From a virus (Duplodnaviria > Heunggongvirae > Uroviricota > Caudoviricetes), in the IMG/VR virus record IMGVR_UViG_3300042563_001894: a stretch of 64,000 nucleotides of DNA, one strand, 5' to 3'. Made by a program: the position numbers and the translations under genes. Within the stretch, counting starts at the first letter, position 1, and each line of letters begins with the position of its first letter. Shown piece after piece: positions 63,367-64,000 of this stretch. Under the pieces are notes generated by a model. That model saw only the letters and a program-made list of their open reading frames with translations. It had not been told where the DNA came from and did no database searches.

Positions 63367-64000
63367 ATGAAATTATTAGAAAGTATAAAACAAATTATTA
63401 CTGAGGCTTCAAAGAAAAAAATCTTAATGGATAAGATTGGTTTTAATGAGGATAATGCTGACCTATTAGATAAATTGTGTGGTCCGTTATCGGTTTGGAT
63501 GGCAAAAAAAATGATGGAGTTCCAACAATATAGTAGTGGAAGGTTGGGTAATCAAGTAAAAACGGGTTCTGAATTAATAGACCAAATGAATAACAATGGT
63601 GTTTTAAGAATGAAACAGAGTGGTATCCAATCTATTATGGATTGGGTTCGGGTTGGTTTAAACGGTAATTTGGGCGAATATAAAGATTTACCTTTTGTTG
63701 ACTTGGTTTTACAGTCAAAAGAATGGCACGATAATTTGGAAATTGGACAGGGTGATATTAATTATAAAGAACAAAACCCAACTATATTAGATTTCACTGA
63801 TGAAAATGGAAATGGGTTTTATTGGGCTGATTTGAATACAAAAAACTCATCAGAAGAATGTAATAGAATGGGACATTGTGGAAGAAGTTCTTATGGATAT
63901 CTTTATTCATTAAGACAAGTAATTCCGATTAACAACAAATATAAATTAAACAAATCAGTTCTAACTGCGGCAATTGGTGAGGATGGTATTATGTATCAGT
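63367..64000 (+). CDS. Partial hypothetical protein running off the window end
   Basis: ATG at 63367 (MKLLESIKQIITEASKKK...); open for 211 codons to position 64000. Preceded by GTTATATTTATAGAGGT. Confidence 0.5.
   Translation, partial: MKLLESIKQIITEASKKKILMDKIGFNEDNADLLDKLCGPLSVWMAKKMMEFQQYSSGRLGNQVKTGSELIDQMNNNGVLRMKQSGIQSIMDWVRVGLNGNLGEYKDLPFVDLVLQSKEWHDNLEIGQGDINYKEQNPTILDFTDENGNGFYWADLNTKNSSEECNRMGHCGRSSYGYLYSLRQVIPINNKYKLNKSVLTAAIGEDGIMYQ

Overview
Low-GC (about one third G+C), densely coding 64-kb window that reads as part of a large virulent bacteriophage genome, most likely infecting a Bacteroidetes (Flavobacteriia-like) host. Support for that host assignment: (1) repeated host sigmaA-type promoters of the Bacteroidetes form TTTG-N19-20-TAnnTTTG sitting right after rho-independent terminators; (2) no Shine-Dalgarno sequences, A-rich leaders instead; (3) a SprB-type gliding-adhesin repeat (GGTAPYTVTW) in a structural protein; (4) signal peptides ending ...SFSQ/CFSQ; (5) a small histone-H1-like ORF. 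Layout: positions 1..9171 carry a minus-strand cassette of large Thr/Ser/Asn/Gly-rich tail-fibre or adhesin-like proteins with PT-linkers and a shared N-terminal module. From 9238 onward a long, mostly plus-strand early/middle region follows. It encodes a T7-like primase, a PD-(D/E)XK nuclease, an SbcD/SbcC pair, a sigma-70 family factor, a putative lysis module (T7-lysozyme-like amidase plus an overlapping spanin-like pair), a full DnaJ, thioredoxin and glutaredoxin, two DNA methyltransferases (Dam-like and beta-class), a DHH-DHHA1 phosphoesterase, NUDIX, a CCA/polyA-type nucleotidyltransferase head domain, an HD (p)ppGpp-hydrolase-like protein, a ferritin-like protein, an SPFH/band-7 protein, a secreted non-specific endonuclease, two tandem LRR-bearing paralogs, several strongly acidic proteins and many small ORFs. 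No rRNA, tRNA or CRISPR array was found. Most functions are inferred from motifs read by eye; no database search was possible.
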